A stretch of 64,000 bases of DNA from Candidatus Woesearchaeota archaeon (lineage in GTDB: Archaea; Nanobdellota; Nanobdellia; Woesearchaeales; JAGVYF01). Position 1 is the first letter of the stretch; every line of letters starts with the position of its first letter. Shown here piece after piece: positions 62,717 to 64,000 of the stretch. The notes below the pieces were generated by a model, which was given only the letters and a program-made list of their open reading frames with translations, made no database searches and was not told where the DNA came from. The stretch is taken from assembly GCA_023264635.1 (NCBI GenBank), contig JAHFLT010000004.1, positions 5,991 to 69,990 on the forward strand, read 5' to 3'. Made by a program: the position numbers and the translations under genes.

Positions 62717-63501
62717 ACGTAAAAATTATCACTAAAGAAAAGGAAAGATTAACATTTTTCCTGGAAAAAGCAAGTGTACCTTTTGCGAATGCTTTGAGAA
62801 GAGCTTGCCTTAGTGAAGTGCCGACAATGGCAATAGACAGAGTAGAGTTCCGCAAAAACAGCTCTTCTGCTTATGACGAATTAATAGCCCACCGCCTTGC
62901 ACTCATCGTCCTGAAAACTGATCTTAAGTCTTATACAGCAAAAGAGACATGCACATGCAAAGGAGAGGGCTGCGCACGCTGCCAGTTGAAATTAATCCTC
63001 AAAGAAAAAGGACCTAAAACAGTATACGCGGAAGAGTTACAAAGCCAGGATCCAAAAGTTATACCAGTTTATCCTAAAACAATCATCTGTAAACTCTTAA
63101 AGGATCAGGAACTTGAGTTTGAGGCTACAGCAATTATAGGTGTAGGACACAGGCATGCAAAATGGTCACCATGCACTATTTACTACAAATTCGAACCTAT
63201 TGTTGAAATCACAAAAAAGGTGGAAAATGCTCAGGAGGTAGCAAAAAGCTGCCCAAGAGAATTATTTATAGAGAAAAAAGGTCAGCTTGAACTGGTGAAA
63301 GATTACAAAGACAGATGCATATTGTGTTATGCATGTATGGATGCATCCAATAACATAGTAAAAGTATCTGAAAACCCAGAGAACTTTTACTTTGAGGTAG
63401 AGGCATGGGGCCAGCTTGAGCCCAAAACAATCATCAAAAAAGCGTGTGAAATACTCGGCGACAAATGCGATGAATTTGAGGAAAAAATAAAGGCGCTGTA
63501 A
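62713..63501 (+). CDS. rpoD: DNA-directed RNA polymerase subunit D
   Basis: The ATG overlaps the rps11 stop (ATGA). [17 protein letters not shown] and a Cys cluster (CILCYACMD) typical of archaeal subunit D. Confidence 0.88.
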   Translation: MNVKIITKEKERLTFFLEKASVPFANALRRACLSEVPTMAIDRVEFRKNSSSAYDELIAHRLALIVLKTDLKSYTAKETCTCKGEGCARCQLKLILKEKGPKTVYAEELQSQDPKVIPVYPKTIICKLLKDQELEFEATAIIGVGHRHAKWSPCTIYYKFEPIVEITKKVENAQEVAKSCPRELFIEKKGQLELVKDYKDRCILCYACMDASNNIVKVSENPENFYFEVEAWGQLEPKTIIKKACEILGDKCDEFEEKIKAL

Positions 63502-63502
63502 A

Positions 63503-63607
63503 GCGAGGGTGGCAGAGCCTGGCCAAATGCGCTAGCTTGAGGCTGGCGATGACCATCAAATGGCTAGTCCCTTAGTGGGTGCAAGGGTTCGAATCCCTTC
63601 CCTCGCA
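63503..63607 (+). tRNA. tRNA-Leu (GAG), class II, with 19-nt intron at 37/38 (63543-63561)
   Basis: Acceptor GCGAGGG/CCCTCGC with A73, anticodon stem CTAGC/GCTAG, loop TTGAGG..G, a long variable arm and T-arm AAGGGTTCGAATCCCTT. A canonical BHB is present: 4-bp helix TTGA/TCAA flanked by 3-nt bulges GGC and ATG, with an outer helix TGG/CCA. Confidence 0.88.
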
Positions 63608-63627
63608 GCTTTTTGAGGCCTCACCTT

Positions 63628-63684
63628 CGCAAAGAAATCATTTTTGATTTCTTGCGCAAGAAATTCTACGGAATTTCTTTGCGC
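63628..63684. repeat. twin-hairpin element, copy C
   Basis: CGCAAAGAAATCA-TTTT-TGATTTCTTGCG overlapping GCGCAAGAAATTC-TACG-GAATTTCTTTGCGC, between tRNA-Leu and rpl18e. Confidence 0.8.
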
Positions 63685-63780
63685 TTTCAGCTCGGTTAGG
63701 CACAAAAAACTAGGAAAAAAAGAGGGTAGCTTCACCGTGATAAAAAAGGTAGCTTTTGGCTGCAACAACATACAATAACA

Positions 63781-64000
63781 ATGAAACGAACAGGACCAAC
63801 AAACCCAAAGACGCAGGAGCTGATAACAGAGCTCCAGAAGCTGGGAAGCGAACGTGATGCCCCCATATGGGGTGTAGTAGCGTTCGAACTTTCACGCAGC
63901 ACCCGAGCACGGAGAGAGATAAACTTATCCCGATTAAGCAGAGTAACTAATAAAGATGAAGTAGTTCTTGTTCCGGGGAAAGTGCTGGGAACAGGAGAGC
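63781..64000 (+). CDS. rpl18e: 50S ribosomal protein L18e, N-terminal part (3' end outside window)
   Basis: MKRTGPTNPKTQELITELQKLGSERDAPIWGVVAFELSRSTRARREINLSRLSRVTNKDEVVLVPGKVLGTGE, in the conserved position after rpoD. Confidence 0.8.
   Translation, partial: MKRTGPTNPKTQELITELQKLGSERDAPIWGVVAFELSRSTRARREINLSRLSRVTNKDEVVLVPGKVLGTGE

Noticed and set aside
63556-63771. 71-aa minus-strand ORF. The 66-aa ORF at 63710..63910 is similar.
   Set aside because: They overlap tRNA-Leu, the hairpin element and the rpl18e start.
1-64000. I searched for CRISPR arrays, transposases or integrases, rRNA, reverse transcriptase or DGR template/variable repeats, and inteins in large genes.
   Set aside because: I saw no regularly spaced direct repeats, no recombinase, RT or Cas motifs in any ORF, and no rRNA-like segments. 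GatE, ValRS, RFC and Top6 have normal lengths with no insertion.

Overview
The window looks like a compact archaeal chromosome segment with genes on both strands. The archaeal call rests on GatD/GatE, topoisomerase VI A/B, Nop5-fibrillarin, the S13-S4-S11-RpoD-tRNA-L18e block, RFC large subunit, and two tRNAs with bulge-helix-bulge introns. Reduced proteins and many bacterial-type genes suggest a DPANN-like lineage, but that is inference only.

I support about 70 protein genes and 3 tRNAs: Cys-GCA, Arg-UCU with a 13-nt intron, and Leu-GAG with a 19-nt intron. I found no rRNA, CRISPR array, transposase or integrase.

Many genes have a TATA-like box about 25-28 nt upstream of the start codon, which suggests leaderless transcripts. 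Others have GGAGG-type ribosome-binding sites or ATGA/TAATG overlaps.

- **Core blocks:**
  - adk (partial), truD and a geranylgeranyl reductase
  - tldD/pmbA, gatDE
  - a sufCBDSU + DUF59 + SOD + IscA-fusion cluster
  - prkA-yeaH-spoVR, secDF
  - an M50 protease, nop5-flpA
  - cysS, alaX, valS, rfcL, purC
  - top6BA and the ribosomal protein/rpoD operon
- **Least-understood part:** the 12.2-22.8 kb stretch. It holds a small RHH protein missing from the ORF track, an active/degenerate metallophosphoesterase pair, three proteases, a zincin-VWA protein, a lipoprotein and tandem paralogs. Two large unknown proteins at 2.7-6.2 kb are also uncharacterised.
- **Strongest sequence-level signal:** a four-member family of intergenic twin-hairpin elements with conserved CAAAGAA/TTCTTG boxes and covarying inner stems, at 2496, 22012, 37908 and 63628.
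- **Other structure:**
  - stacked perfect palindromes in front of an HTH/Cys-cluster regulator upstream of suf
  - a stem-loop leader before S13
  - tRNA-Cys fused 4 nt ahead of purC
  - an A9 frameshift splitting a membrane protein gene

All functional calls come from motifs recognised by eye. No database search was run, so products of the unknown genes remain hypotheses.
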